DNA of 64,000 nucleotides from a virus: positions 1-64,000 of IMG/VR virus record IMGVR_UViG_3300008267_000023; one strand, given 5' to 3'. Made by a program: the position numbers and the translations under genes. Of this stretch, positions 7,924-17,671 are shown one piece after another. The stretch's first letter is position 1, and each line of letters begins with the position of its first letter. The notes beneath the pieces were generated by a model that made no database searches, was not told where the DNA came from, and saw only the letters and a program-made list of their open reading frames with translations.

Positions 7924-8178
7924 ATGGAAAATAATATTAAAGATGTACTTAAAGATAAGTTTCTATGTCCACAAAAGTTTGCTCAAGATATTGAACATAT
8001 CGTAAAAATTTCTAAGATTAGTTACATTGATGCGATAGTAACTTATTGCGAAGAAAATTCAATTGAGATAGAAACAGTTCCAAAACTAATTCCCAAACCA
8101 CTTAAGGAAAAACTTAAGTGTGAAGCAACTAAATTAAATTTCCTCAAAAAGACTAGTAGGGCAACTTTGAATTTTTAA
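7924..8178 (+). CDS. 33: Late promoter transcription coactivator gp33
   Basis: YIDAIVTYCEENSIEIE..KPLKEKLKCEA..LNFL; synteny before gp59. Confidence 0.85.
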   Translation: MENNIKDVLKDKFLCPQKFAQDIEHIVKISKISYIDAIVTYCEENSIEIETVPKLIPKPLKEKLKCEATKLNFLKKTSRATLNF

Positions 8179-8181
8179 ATT

Positions 8182-8772
8182 GTGACACCCTTTGATGTAT
8201 ATAAAACTTATTTGTCAATAAAGAATCACTTCACAAAAGAAAAGTACGATTACTTTAAATATTGTGGAAGATCTAGAGCAAGTTTAGAGTCCTTTCATAA
8301 AAGAAAGGACAGATACTTTTTTGAAAAATTATCTCGTCAGAAAACAGATGAAGAAATAAAGGCATATTTTGTTGCCAGTTTTATTGAATGTACTGACCCC
8401 CAATCATTATGGATTGGGGAAATTATATCAAATGGGGAAAGAAATTATGTTGAATGGGCAAAAAGATATCAAAGTCTTAGTTATATGTTTAAAACTGAGA
8501 GTGAAATCTTTATAAACAAAGATAATTTGAATTCCCTATTTGAATGCAAACCAAATAAACACCCTGAGATATTGAAGAAATATTTCCAAAAAGCAATCAC
8601 TCTTGAAACGATGGTAATATTGGATTGTATCTTGGGATATGTTTCTAAGTTTGATAAAAAGGTTACTGACCCAGTGTGGGAAACAGTAAGTTTTAAAATA
8701 AAAAAATATAGACCATTCCTAAATATTGATGAGTCAAAATTCAAAAACATTTTAAAGGAGATAGTATTATGA
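8182..8772 (+). CDS. 59: Helicase loader gp59
   Basis: YLSIKNHFT..YDYFKY, KRKDRYFFEKL. Confidence 0.85.
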   Translation: MTPFDVYKTYLSIKNHFTKEKYDYFKYCGRSRASLESFHKRKDRYFFEKLSRQKTDEEIKAYFVASFIECTDPQSLWIGEIISNGERNYVEWAKRYQSLSYMFKTESEIFINKDNLNSLFECKPNKHPEILKKYFQKAITLETMVILDCILGYVSKFDKKVTDPVWETVSFKIKKYRPFLNIDESKFKNILKEIVL

Positions 8773-9101
8773 GTAGATTTTTTGATTCAGATATGGTCAG
8801 AAAATCTGTAGTGGAGTTGGAAGAAATTCAGCAAAAACTTTTTGAACAGATTTTGCAACTTTCTATCTATGATAATCAAGGTAAAAGAGAACATCTTGAT
8901 TTGATGAGAGAATTTCTAGAAAAACAAAAACTCTTTATTTTCAGACTATCTCTCTCAGATGACCCAGAAGCAATTGAACTGAAAAATAGAATTATTGATT
9001 CTGCCAAAATGTTTGGATTGGCAGAAGATGGTACTGTGGATGATTTCTTTAAAATTCTTGAGTCTACAATTGAGTCTCTTGAGAAAACCCTTGACGACTG
9101 A
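8769..9101 (+). CDS. DUF1825-like hypothetical protein
   Basis: FFDSDMV..KQKLFIFRLSLSDDPEA. Confidence 0.7.
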   Translation: MSRFFDSDMVRKSVVELEEIQQKLFEQILQLSIYDNQGKREHLDLMREFLEKQKLFIFRLSLSDDPEAIELKNRIIDSAKMFGLAEDGTVDDFFKILESTIESLEKTLDD

Positions 9102-9119
9102 CTCAAATCCTGGTATACT
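9091..9119 (+). promoter_or_regulatory. sigma70-like promoter for gene 32
   Basis: TTGACG-17-TATACT with extended TG. Confidence 0.75.
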
Positions 9120-9173
9120 TAATACGTACCAATACGGCACACACTTCTAATACTACTAATACGGAGAATACGA

Positions 9174-10109
9174 ATGTCTTTTGCTGATCTTAAAAAGCAA
9201 TCTAAAATGGGTTCTCTCACCGAGAAACTCATCAAACAAGTTGAGAAACTCAACGATTCTGGTTCCAAGGATGACGACCGTTTTTGGAAACCTGTTATGG
9301 ATAAGAGCGGTGTAGGTTCCGCAGTTATCCGTTTCCTCCCTGCCCCCGAAGGTTGTGAACTGCCTTGGGCACAAGTATGGTCTCACGCATTCCAAGGTAC
9401 TGGTGGTTGGTTGATTGACAATTGCCTCACTACTCTTGGTCAGCAATGTCCTGTTTGCGAGAAGAACCGTGTTCTCTGGAACTCTGGGTCTGACCGTGAT
9501 AAGGAAGAAGCACGTAAGCAAAAGCGTAAACTTTCCTACTACGCAAACATTTATGTTGTCCGTGACCCTGCCAATCCTGACAATGAAGGTAAAGTCTTCC
9601 TTTATAAGTTTGGTAAGAAAATCTATGACAAGATTCTTGCAGCAATGCAACCTGAATTTGAAGATGAAACTCCTATCAATCCATTTGATTTCTGGACTGG
9701 TGCTAACTTCAAACTGAAACTGGTCAAGAAGGATGGTTACTGGAACTATGACAAGTCTGAGTTTGCATCACCTTCCCCTCTTCTTGATGGTGATGACGAT
9801 GAACTTGAACGCATCTATAAGTCTCTGAGTAATCTGAATGACTTCACAGATCCTAAAGAATTCAAGTCATATGATGACCTGAAGAAGCGTCTTGAGTATA
9901 CTCTTGGTCTTCGTGGTACTCCTAAGAATCAAGACCCTGAAGTTGTTGCTGAAGAGGAAGATTGGGAACGTGAACGTCGTGGTGAATCTACTAGTTCGTC
10001 TTCATCTCGTTCTGCATCTTATGATGATGTCAGCAGTATTTCATCTTCGTCCTCCGATGATGAAGATGATGATGCTCTGAGTTATTTTCAGAAACTAGCA
10101 GAATCCTGA
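9174..10109 (+). CDS. 32: Single-stranded DNA-binding protein gp32
   Basis: DDRFWKP, IRFLPAP, CLTT..CPVC, NYDKSEF, acidic tail. Confidence 0.95.
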   Translation: MSFADLKKQSKMGSLTEKLIKQVEKLNDSGSKDDDRFWKPVMDKSGVGSAVIRFLPAPEGCELPWAQVWSHAFQGTGGWLIDNCLTTLGQQCPVCEKNRVLWNSGSDRDKEEARKQKRKLSYYANIYVVRDPANPDNEGKVFLYKFGKKIYDKILAAMQPEFEDETPINPFDFWTGANFKLKLVKKDGYWNYDKSEFASPSPLLDGDDDELERIYKSLSNLNDFTDPKEFKSYDDLKKRLEYTLGLRGTPKNQDPEVVAEEEDWERERRGESTSSSSSRSASYDDVSSISSSSSDDEDDDALSYFQKLAES

Positions 10110-10339
10110 TGAGGTGCTTGATTTTTCTTTTTGTAATTTGTATTGCATCTCCATCTTATTCCATAACTTGGAATGAGTTTTGGAGACCATTTAAAAATGG
10201 TGGATACTATACAAATTATTATCCAAGATATTATGGAAATTGCAGAAGAGAAGTCTTTCGTGAAGAGGTAGTTTCTGGTGATGGTAGGATTCAACCATAT
10301 GTTAGAACATTCAAAGAGGTTGAATACTACCCCTGTTGA
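10109..10339 (+). CDS. Small protein with signal peptide
   Basis: TGATG coupling; hydrophobic N-terminus. Confidence 0.6.
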   Translation: MRCLIFLFVICIASPSYSITWNEFWRPFKNGGYYTNYYPRYYGNCRREVFREEVVSGDGRIQPYVRTFKEVEYYPC

Positions 10340-10377
10340 AAAATGCCCTTTAAATTAAAAAAAGGGTCTAAAAAATT

Positions 10378-10418
10378 TCCCGCAAATTTTTCTTCGTGAA
10401 GGTTTGCGGGATTTTTTT
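10378..10418. terminator. Probable bidirectional terminator between convergent units
   Basis: TCCCGCAAAT...GTTTGCGGGA stem with A run upstream and T run downstream. Confidence 0.65.
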
Positions 10419-10707
10419 ATCTATTATTTCTTGGGTTATATGTTCTCTTAGTACTTGAATCTACGTATTGCGATGACCTATCATATTTCATCATGTTCTT
10501 CATATCATAAGTGACTGAACCAATATATTCTGGTCTTAGTACAAGTATTGTTCTTTTCTTTTCATTCTCTTTTACTTCAAATTCGTAATTTGTTACAGGA
10601 GTAACCACATTCTTGACAGTTTGTATTGCACCATTAGTGTCAAGATACTCTAGTATCTGACTATCAGATTCAATAAAAACTTTCATTCCAGGATAGGGGA
10701 ATTTCAT
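10417..10707 (-). CDS. 53: Baseplate wedge gp53, C-terminal part
   Basis: PVTNYEFEVKENEKKRTILVLRPEY..SSQYV is the typical gp53 C-terminus. Confidence 0.7.
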   Translation of the reverse strand: MKFPYPGMKVFIESDSQILEYLDTNGAIQTVKNVVTPVTNYEFEVKENEKKRTILVLRPEYIGSVTYDMKNMMKYDRSSQYVDSSTKRTYNPRNNR

Positions 10708-11552
10708 ACTGGTAATTCGTTAGTAAATTTGAAGGTTGGTTGTAGAACACCATTAATTAGAGTTCCAGTGATTTCATAAAGTCTCTCTGGTATTCTTATT
10801 TTTGTATCTGTTATGGCATCAGTTAATTTTACTTCAACTTCATTTCCATTTCTTTGTTTTATCTTTAAGATTCCACCCCAACTATAAGGCCAATCCGCCA
10901 AACTATTTAATATAGTTACATCACCAAATCCATTCGATGTTTTGGATTTTATTTTTAAAAAAGAAACGTTTGTCTGAATATCTGTGACTAGATATTCACT
11001 AGATCTAATATCTCTTCCATAAATCGTAAGTTTTTGGCAAAGATTAATAGTGATGACAGTATTGCTCTTTCCACTTGGAAATGAATTTAAGAGATATTCA
11101 TTTGAAGTTTCATTTGTTTGTATTACTTCAGATTTTGCAGGATCTATCTGCAATCCACCTTCAATAATAATTCTTCCATATTCGTCTTTATACTCTACAG
11201 TTTCATAATGATGGGTTTTCTGCAATTCTTCGTCAGATCCATACTTCTGGAGCATATATTTGTATAATGAGTCATTATCCAATGGCCACTCATTATTCAC
11301 ATTTTTAATATTATTTGTAAGTAACAAAATCCAGTCTAATTGTGGGTCATTATATAGTTTTTGTGCAATCTGTTCTGGTCTTTCGTTATCTTGTATTTGA
11401 TAATAAGTAAATGCAGTTGAAAACTCTGCAACGTCACCTCTTAGTTTTGCTCTCCTGAAAAAGTTTTTTGCAGTAGTATATTCATCAATGTAATTTCTTA
11501 CGTTGAATGGTGATGGATATTCTAAATTTGGAAGTTCTCTGAAATATGCCAT
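10704..11552 (-). CDS. 53: Baseplate wedge gp53, N-terminal part plus extra domain
   Basis: YFRELPNLEY, ERPEQIA..LY..LDWILLLTNNI, HHYET. Confidence 0.85.
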   Translation of the reverse strand: MAYFRELPNLEYPSPFNVRNYIDEYTTAKNFFRRAKLRGDVAEFSTAFTYYQIQDNERPEQIAQKLYNDPQLDWILLLTNNIKNVNNEWPLDNDSLYKYMLQKYGSDEELQKTHHYETVEYKDEYGRIIIEGGLQIDPAKSEVIQTNETSNEYLLNSFPSGKSNTVITINLCQKLTIYGRDIRSSEYLVTDIQTNVSFLKIKSKTSNGFGDVTILNSLADWPYSWGGILKIKQRNGNEVEVKLTDAITDTKIRIPERLYEITGTLINGVLQPTFKFTNELPV

Positions 11553-11553
11553 A

Positions 11554-13074
11554 TTAGTAACCTACGTCGTCTGCTTCGATTGGATCTAAATCTGGATAAC
11601 CTTTTAACTTTTCAAATATTTCTGTTTGATAATCTGATTCGAATATTGGTTCCAATTCAGTAAATCCCATACCCAAATTTACAGATACTGGTTGTCCTTT
11701 GTCATATGCAGACCATTGGCCATCTGGAGTATAATTTACAGCAAATCCAGTTAATGCACATAGTTTAAATCTGTTCATACCAGATATTGCTTTTCCATTA
11801 GCAGTTGTATAACGTAATTTGAATATATTTGGACTTCCTAGTAGTGAAGATGATGCGCCAGCACCAGATGTTGAATTTAATTTTCTGGCTGCCATACCCT
11901 GTTTAAATAATCTTATGATTCTTCTCACTGTTCTTGCTTCTCTTTCACTTCTTGGACTCATTCTCCAAGAAAATTCAAAACTTCTGAGTTTTGGTGAATT
12001 AAATAATAATTCCATATTGGAATTTGGGACAATACCAAATCCTCTAGCTAATATAGTTTCTGGTGGAACATCTACACCTGCTTGTTTGAGAGAAAGTGAA
12101 GCAGTTAATGCCTGTATTTGTTTCAATACTGATGGATCTTTTATATCTTTTGCAATTTCTTTTATTAAATTTAAATAATATACTGCTCCAGATCCACTTA
12201 CATTTGTGAATTTCGATTGAATGGCATCTATCACTGCTGCAGCACCTGCTGCTGGTAAATTACTTGATGCAGTTGCTAATATAGCAGCAGTAAGATTATT
12301 CATAGAATCTTCCTGCCAAGCAACTGCATTTGAATCCGAAGCATTGTTTGGTATTGGAAGTATAACTGTTCCTATAGGTTTTTCTTTTCCGAATTTAGCA
12401 CCAGACAATCTTTGCAGTCCTTTTGTTACAATGTCACCAATATTTCCATTAAATAAATCTTCTCCACTTGGAGAAGAATAGTTATACATTGTTATTCGAA
12501 GAGTATCTTGTTTACTTTCGAGAATGTCACGAGGGTAAACCAATAATTTTTCGGTAATTACTGACTGAGTTCCAAACAAATCTTTTTCATTTACACTAGG
12601 AAAATCTAGTGGTTCGTTGAATGCTGTTAAAGAACCTGGGGGAGCCGCAGCAAGTTGTCCTCCAGGAACAGCAGTGGCAATCCCAGGATTTGTCCCTGGA
12701 AAAAAGTTATTAATTCCTGCAGTTCCTTTTGGATCTAATGCGGTTTTATTGAGTTTTAGACCAGCATTTGAACCCCCTCCTTTTGCATATGCTGCAGCAG
12801 TTTTTCTTCTTATATCTTCACTTATTTGATTTGCTAGTGCTGTTGGTTTTCCGTCTTTAAATAACTGTGGATCTCTCAGTGCATCACCATACCAACTTCC
12901 ATTTTTATAAAAAACTGCCAATCCAATTCCAATATCATAACTTCCACCTAAACCTTTTTGCTTAAGTTCATAATCACCAGTATCTGGGTCATATCTTAAT
13001 CCGAATCCCAATGGAACTCCAAGAGGGGCAATTCCTGATACGTAATAGTTGTCCTTTAGTAACTTATATCCCAT
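11554..13074 (-). CDS. 48: Baseplate tail tube cap gp48 with N-terminal extension
   Basis: ILPIP, NMELLFNSPKLRSFEFSW, CALTGFAVNYTPDG, FTELEPI. Confidence 0.85.
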   Translation of the reverse strand: MGYKLLKDNYYVSGIAPLGVPLGFGLRYDPDTGDYELKQKGLGGSYDIGIGLAVFYKNGSWYGDALRDPQLFKDGKPTALANQISEDIRRKTAAAYAKGGGSNAGLKLNKTALDPKGTAGINNFFPGTNPGIATAVPGGQLAAAPPGSLTAFNEPLDFPSVNEKDLFGTQSVITEKLLVYPRDILESKQDTLRITMYNYSSPSGEDLFNGNIGDIVTKGLQRLSGAKFGKEKPIGTVILPIPNNASDSNAVAWQEDSMNNLTAAILATASSNLPAAGAAAVIDAIQSKFTNVSGSGAVYYLNLIKEIAKDIKDPSVLKQIQALTASLSLKQAGVDVPPETILARGFGIVPNSNMELLFNSPKLRSFEFSWRMSPRSEREARTVRRIIRLFKQGMAARKLNSTSGAGASSSLLGSPNIFKLRYTTANGKAISGMNRFKLCALTGFAVNYTPDGQWSAYDKGQPVSVNLGMGFTELEPIFESDYQTEIFEKLKGYPDLDPIEADDVGY

Positions 13075-13571
13075 TAAGGTGCGTCCCAGACTCGGTATTT
13101 TGGTACGGATTGTCCGTTTTTATCGACAAATTGTTCTGTTGGTAATAATGAAACACCAACCCAATCATTTTTTGGGACTTTAAATAATTCACTCATTACA
13201 CCAGAAAAAAGATATTTGTGAATAGTCTTTTTTGGTGCGTTAGAAATTCCTGTTTTATTTAGGAGTGATTTGGCAAATCCTCCTCTGTATTGTGGATTTA
13301 AGTAATGAAGATTAATTCCAACAAAACTTCCTTCTCTTGGATTTACATCCACAATAAATGAAAGTGGATGCCTATCCCACCAAGGATATTTTTGTGGATA
13401 TTTTGCAGAATATAAGAAAAAAACTAAATCACCAGGAACTATAAAGTTTGTATCAAATTCATGTATATTTTTTTTCTGATAATTTCTCAATTCGTTCATA
13501 GTAGCATTTGTCCACCAATTGCTACTTCTGAATTTTTTTCCCGCTTGTTGTTTTATGTCCTCTGATATCAT
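13074..13571 (-). CDS. 2: DNA end protector gp2-like
   Basis: YSAK..WWDRHPL, GINLHYL; synteny with gp4. Confidence 0.75.
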   Translation of the reverse strand: MISEDIKQQAGKKFRSSNWWTNATMNELRNYQKKNIHEFDTNFIVPGDLVFFLYSAKYPQKYPWWDRHPLSFIVDVNPREGSFVGINLHYLNPQYRGGFAKSLLNKTGISNAPKKTIHKYLFSGVMSELFKVPKNDWVGVSLLPTEQFVDKNGQSVPKYRVWDAP

Positions 13572-14035
13572 CGTACTGGTATCCCTAATTCTTTTTCTGT
13601 TAGAATTCTAAATTCGTACTTTCTATCTTCGCAAAATTCTCTTGCTGCTTTCCATTTTGCTTGATTGACTGCCCAAGTTTTAACTCTAAATGCCCAAGAT
13701 TTTGTTTTTCTTTTTGGATTTTGTTCAGGCATTTTCAAATCTTTTTCTGGTTTTATCTCAATAACTAAAGTGCGATTTTGTCCATTTTTATCTTTATATT
13801 TTACAAAAAAGTCTGGAAAATAACGATGAACTTTATTATCTATTGGAGAAATATATGGTATAAAAAATTCTTCTGACCTCCACTCATTCACACTTTCAGT
13901 AAGGTCACAATATTGCATAAACTTCAATTCATAAGAAGACCTATAAATTATTTTTGTTGGATCTCCCTTGTATTTTTCTGGTTTTTGTGGTCTAAACTTT
14001 CCTTGTCTATAACCAGAATCATCCTTATGTGGCAT
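13568..14035 (-). CDS. 4: Head completion nuclease gp4
   Basis: KYKGDP..YRSSYE, HRYFPDF, EIKP, NQAKWKAA. Confidence 0.92.
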   Translation of the reverse strand: MPHKDDSGYRQGKFRPQKPEKYKGDPTKIIYRSSYELKFMQYCDLTESVNEWRSEEFFIPYISPIDNKVHRYFPDFFVKYKDKNGQNRTLVIEIKPEKDLKMPEQNPKRKTKSWAFRVKTWAVNQAKWKAAREFCEDRKYEFRILTEKELGIPVR

Positions 14036-14058
14036 ACATAGTATAGGTATTTTTTAAG

Positions 14059-14066
14059 TATTTATA
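14059..14066 (-). promoter_or_regulatory. T4 late promoter TATAAATA for the gp4-gp2-gp48-gp53 unit
   Basis: TATTTATA on + strand, 23 nt before the gp4 start. Confidence 0.75.
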
Positions 14067-14067
14067 A

Positions 14068-14856
14068 ATGGCACAGGAGAACTCTGCAGGCAAGCCAGAG
14101 ATAGGACCATTTTATGTTAAGATGACTACCCCAAGGTCAGATTCAAACCTCGTTGGATTTGATGGTGCTAGAGATATTTTTGGTGCATTATCAATTACCA
14201 GTCAATTCAAAGTTGCTTTGCATTTGACTAATAGCACTTCTAATGATGATAAGTTGATGCAATGGTTGACAAAATCTAATGTCACTAAGGATCCAATAAA
14301 AAATGCTTATTATGACTTTTACTGTGCAGAGGCAGTTATTCCAGGAGCAACATTTGAGGTTACTGAAGAAGCAGGAAGTCGTCAGGGAGTCATTGAAAGA
14401 ATACCAACAAGAAGAGTTTACGCACCAGTAACGTTAACATTTTATGTCGATAAAGATTATAATTTAATCCGTCTTTTTGAAGAATGGATGAATTTTATCA
14501 ATCCAATTTATGGAATGGATGGAAATGAACCTGATGGAAGATTTGGTCCTAGTATAAATGGATTTGGTGATTCTAAAAATAGAAATGATTTTTTTAGAAT
14601 GAGATATCCAGAGGAATATAAAAGAATTATAAGTATTGTTAAATTTGAAAGAAATTTTCTTCTAAGTCCAAATACAGATGCAGGACAGTTAGGAGATGTT
14701 CCGACTATTACTTATAGATTGATAGATGCATTTCCAACAAATATTACAGCAATGCCAGTATCATATGAAGGTAGTACAATAACTAAGACGACAGTTGAAT
14801 TTAGTTATTCCAGATATGTCTATGAAAAAAACTATGGCAGAGGAAACCCTTTATAA
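14068..14856 (+). CDS. Tail tube-family protein (gp54/gp19-like)
   Basis: LTFYVD..FEEWMNFI, Y.L..AFPTNI..V.Y..V.FSY. Confidence 0.7.
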   Translation: MAQENSAGKPEIGPFYVKMTTPRSDSNLVGFDGARDIFGALSITSQFKVALHLTNSTSNDDKLMQWLTKSNVTKDPIKNAYYDFYCAEAVIPGATFEVTEEAGSRQGVIERIPTRRVYAPVTLTFYVDKDYNLIRLFEEWMNFINPIYGMDGNEPDGRFGPSINGFGDSKNRNDFFRMRYPEEYKRIISIVKFERNFLLSPNTDAGQLGDVPTITYRLIDAFPTNITAMPVSYEGSTITKTTVEFSYSRYVYEKNYGRGNPL

Positions 14857-14859
14857 ATA
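14852..14859 (+). promoter_or_regulatory. T4 late promoter TATAAATA
   Basis: Exact consensus 28 nt before gp26. Confidence 0.75.
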
Positions 14860-14887
14860 ATTTTACTGAGTTTTTTATTGGGATATT

Positions 14888-15619
14888 ATGCCTTTACCAA
14901 AGATTTCTACACCAACATATGAGTTGGAATTGCCTTCAAATGGAAAAACGATTAAATACAGACCATTTTTAGTAAAAGAAGAGAAAATTTTAATTATTGC
15001 ATTAGAATCCCAAGATACTAAGCAAATTACTACTGCAATAAAACAAGTACTAAAGGAATGCATTTTAACAAAAGGAGTTAAAGTAGAAGAATTACCTACT
15101 TTTGATATCGAATATGTATTTTTAAATGTAAGAGGAAGGTCAGTTGGTGAAAATATTGACCTTATAGTTACATGTTACGACGACGAAGAAAATACTCAAG
15201 TTCCAGTAACAATTTATGTTGATGAAATAAAAGTACAAAAAAATCCAGAGCATTCTGCAGATATCAAGTTAGATACTAACTTGATAATGAGAATGAAGTA
15301 TCCTTCATTGGAACAATTTATTAAAAATAATTTTGATTTCAGTGATGCACAAAGTGAAAGTAACATTGAAAAGTCTTTTGATATTATTGCATCTTGTATT
15401 GATATGGTTTATAGTGATGAAGAGTCTTGGGCAGCAGCAGATTGTACAAAGAAAGAGTTAATTGATTTTATTGAGCAAATGAATTCTCAACAATTCAAAA
15501 AAATCGAACAATTCTTTGACACAATGCCAAAACTTTCACATACACTAAAAGTTAAGAATCCAAAAACAGGAGTAGTAAATGAAGTAACGTTGGAGGGATT
15601 GACAAGTTTTTTCGGTTAA
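14888..15619 (+). CDS. 26: Baseplate hub subunit gp26
   Basis: MPLPKI.TPTYELELPS, YRPFLVKEEK, FFDTMPKL. Confidence 0.9.
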   Translation: MPLPKISTPTYELELPSNGKTIKYRPFLVKEEKILIIALESQDTKQITTAIKQVLKECILTKGVKVEELPTFDIEYVFLNVRGRSVGENIDLIVTCYDDEENTQVPVTIYVDEIKVQKNPEHSADIKLDTNLIMRMKYPSLEQFIKNNFDFSDAQSESNIEKSFDIIASCIDMVYSDEESWAAADCTKKELIDFIEQMNSQQFKKIEQFFDTMPKLSHTLKVKNPKTGVVNEVTLEGLTSFFG

Positions 15620-15621
15620 TT

Positions 15622-15801
15622 ATGTCTCATATGGATCTTGAGGCATACTTCAGAATTAACTTTGCCCTCATGCAGTTCCATAAATATTCTTTGACTGAGA
15701 TTGAAAATATGATGCCCTGGGAAAGGGATATTTACGTTGGATTATTGCAACAACATATAGAAGAAGAAAAATTGAAGCAAAAACAAGCAAATGGCAATTA
15801 A
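15622..15801 (+). CDS. 51: Baseplate hub assembly catalyst gp51
   Basis: NFALMQFHKYSLTEIENMMPWERDIY; read manually. Confidence 0.88.
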   Translation: MSHMDLEAYFRINFALMQFHKYSLTEIENMMPWERDIYVGLLQQHIEEEKLKQKQANGN

Positions 15802-17671
15802 GTCTGCCCTTAGACCAGAATCCATAGTCAGAACAAGACCAAAAAGTGTCCAATCTGCTCAGAATTTTATTTCTGGTGGGACACCACTTGGGTCTTCTGT
15901 TGTTTCTTCGGCAGCAAATAAAATCGTAGGGTTTCAACGTGCAGCAGTAAAACCAGTAACCCCAGATATTAATTCAATTGTTAGTACTATTTCTTCTAAT
16001 ATTTTAAATCAAGTTGATAATAGTATTAGAAATGCCACAAATATAACAAATAGGCAAGTAGACGGTAAACTAAAGCAAGTAGCAGCAAATATAACAAATC
16101 AAGTACAACAAGTAAAACAAGAACAAACAAATCAAGTAACTCAACTTCAAACTGTTGTTCAAAATATTCGTCAACAAACTAATAATTTTGTAAAGCAACT
16201 TTCTGAAAATTATAAAAAAAGAGTTCAAGATGTTGATACCGCAAAACCAATTGGTATATTAGATAAGTTTTTAAAAGCATATCAAAATGCAATTAGTTTT
16301 ATTCAATTCTTTGGAAATGCGAAGAATATTAAGCAGTTAAGAGAAGGTCTGCAAACACTTAAGACTTCTTTTACTGAAAGTTTTGAAATTGCAAAGTTAA
16401 TTAGACAGACAATTTTAAAAATTGTCACTCAATTATCAAATTTACCAAAAGCAACACCAGGTGGAAGTCCTGGATTAAATTTAGATATTGATGTTCCAGG
16501 TGGAGCACTAAAAAGAACTACTCCTCGAAATGCAAGATCTGTAGGTAGAAGAGGTGCAGGAATGCTCGGTTTAGGATTAGGTGCAGTTGCTGCAGGCACT
16601 GCAGTTAATGCTCTTTCGGATAGTGATAGACTCCAATCAATGCCTCAAGTAGTGGGTGGATTGACAGGAGGAATTATGGATTCATTTGCATTTATTGTGA
16701 ATAAATTTGCAAATGCTGTAGAAGAGATGATAAAGGGTGGCACAAAAAAAGAAACACCATCAACTCAACCTGCTCCTTCTTCTGGTGGAGCACCTTCTAA
16801 ACCTAAATCTGGTGGAGGTGGTGGAGGTTCCATGGGAGCAGGAGATGTTACTGCAGACACCCAAGAAGAAAAATCATGGTTACAAACTATTAGAACAGCA
16901 GAAGGAACTGCTGGGGCAGGAGGTTATGGAAAAGTCTTTGGTGGACAGGTAGTTAAAGAACTTGAACAAGGACAATTAACTATTGAAGAAGCTGCAAAGA
17001 TGTCTGAAACTGGAAAACTTCCAGATAGACTCGGAGGAAAACAAATATCGTATGGAAAATATGGTGGAAGGATAAGTGGGGCCACTGGTGCATACCAATT
17101 CATGCCCGATACATTAAGATCTGCAGCACGCAGAGCAGGAATAGATTTAAATACACCAATGACTCCTGAGATCCAGGACAAATTGGCGTTGGCACATTTA
17201 CAAGCAATTGGAATTGATCCAACAAAAAGAGCTACTGAAGCAACAATTAGAAAAGCAGGTGGAAGTGCTGGTTGGGCAGGAATTCATGGAGAAGCAACTG
17301 GTCAAACATCTAGAACTGTAGCAGATAGTTTAAGGATATATAACAAATATTATGGTTCCACACAAGCAAAACCAGATAAAGGAATGGGAATGCTTGAGGG
17401 TATTGACCCCTCAATGATTGATGCGGGACAAAGAAAGGCATTGGGAATCAATATCTCACAACCACCACCATCACAAGCAAAACCATCTATAGTTTCACTT
17501 CCACTTTCTGGTGGACAACAAACAAGTCAACCACAATCTGGAGGTGGTGGTGGGCAAATGGTAATCCCACCAGAGCAAAAAGGACCATCAGTTCCATTAC
17601 TACCATCTTCTGATGATAGCAATTTCTTAACAATGTATTCAAAGATAGTCTATAATATTATTGACGGATAA
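15791..17671 (+). CDS. Virion protein with lysozyme-like (muramidase) domain
   Basis: Helical N-terminus; LQTIRTAEGT..Y..FGG, ATGAYQFMPDT, QDKLA. Confidence 0.75.
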   Translation: MAIKSALRPESIVRTRPKSVQSAQNFISGGTPLGSSVVSSAANKIVGFQRAAVKPVTPDINSIVSTISSNILNQVDNSIRNATNITNRQVDGKLKQVAANITNQVQQVKQEQTNQVTQLQTVVQNIRQQTNNFVKQLSENYKKRVQDVDTAKPIGILDKFLKAYQNAISFIQFFGNAKNIKQLREGLQTLKTSFTESFEIAKLIRQTILKIVTQLSNLPKATPGGSPGLNLDIDVPGGALKRTTPRNARSVGRRGAGMLGLGLGAVAAGTAVNALSDSDRLQSMPQVVGGLTGGIMDSFAFIVNKFANAVEEMIKGGTKKETPSTQPAPSSGGAPSKPKSGGGGGGSMGAGDVTADTQEEKSWLQTIRTAEGTAGAGGYGKVFGGQVVKELEQGQLTIEEAAKMSETGKLPDRLGGKQISYGKYGGRISGATGAYQFMPDTLRSAARRAGIDLNTPMTPEIQDKLALAHLQAIGIDPTKRATEATIRKAGGSAGWAGIHGEATGQTSRTVADSLRIYNKYYGSTQAKPDKGMGMLEGIDPSMIDAGQRKALGINISQPPPSQAKPSIVSLPLSGGQQTSQPQSGGGGGQMVIPPEQKGPSVPLLPSSDDSNFLTMYSKIVYNIIDG

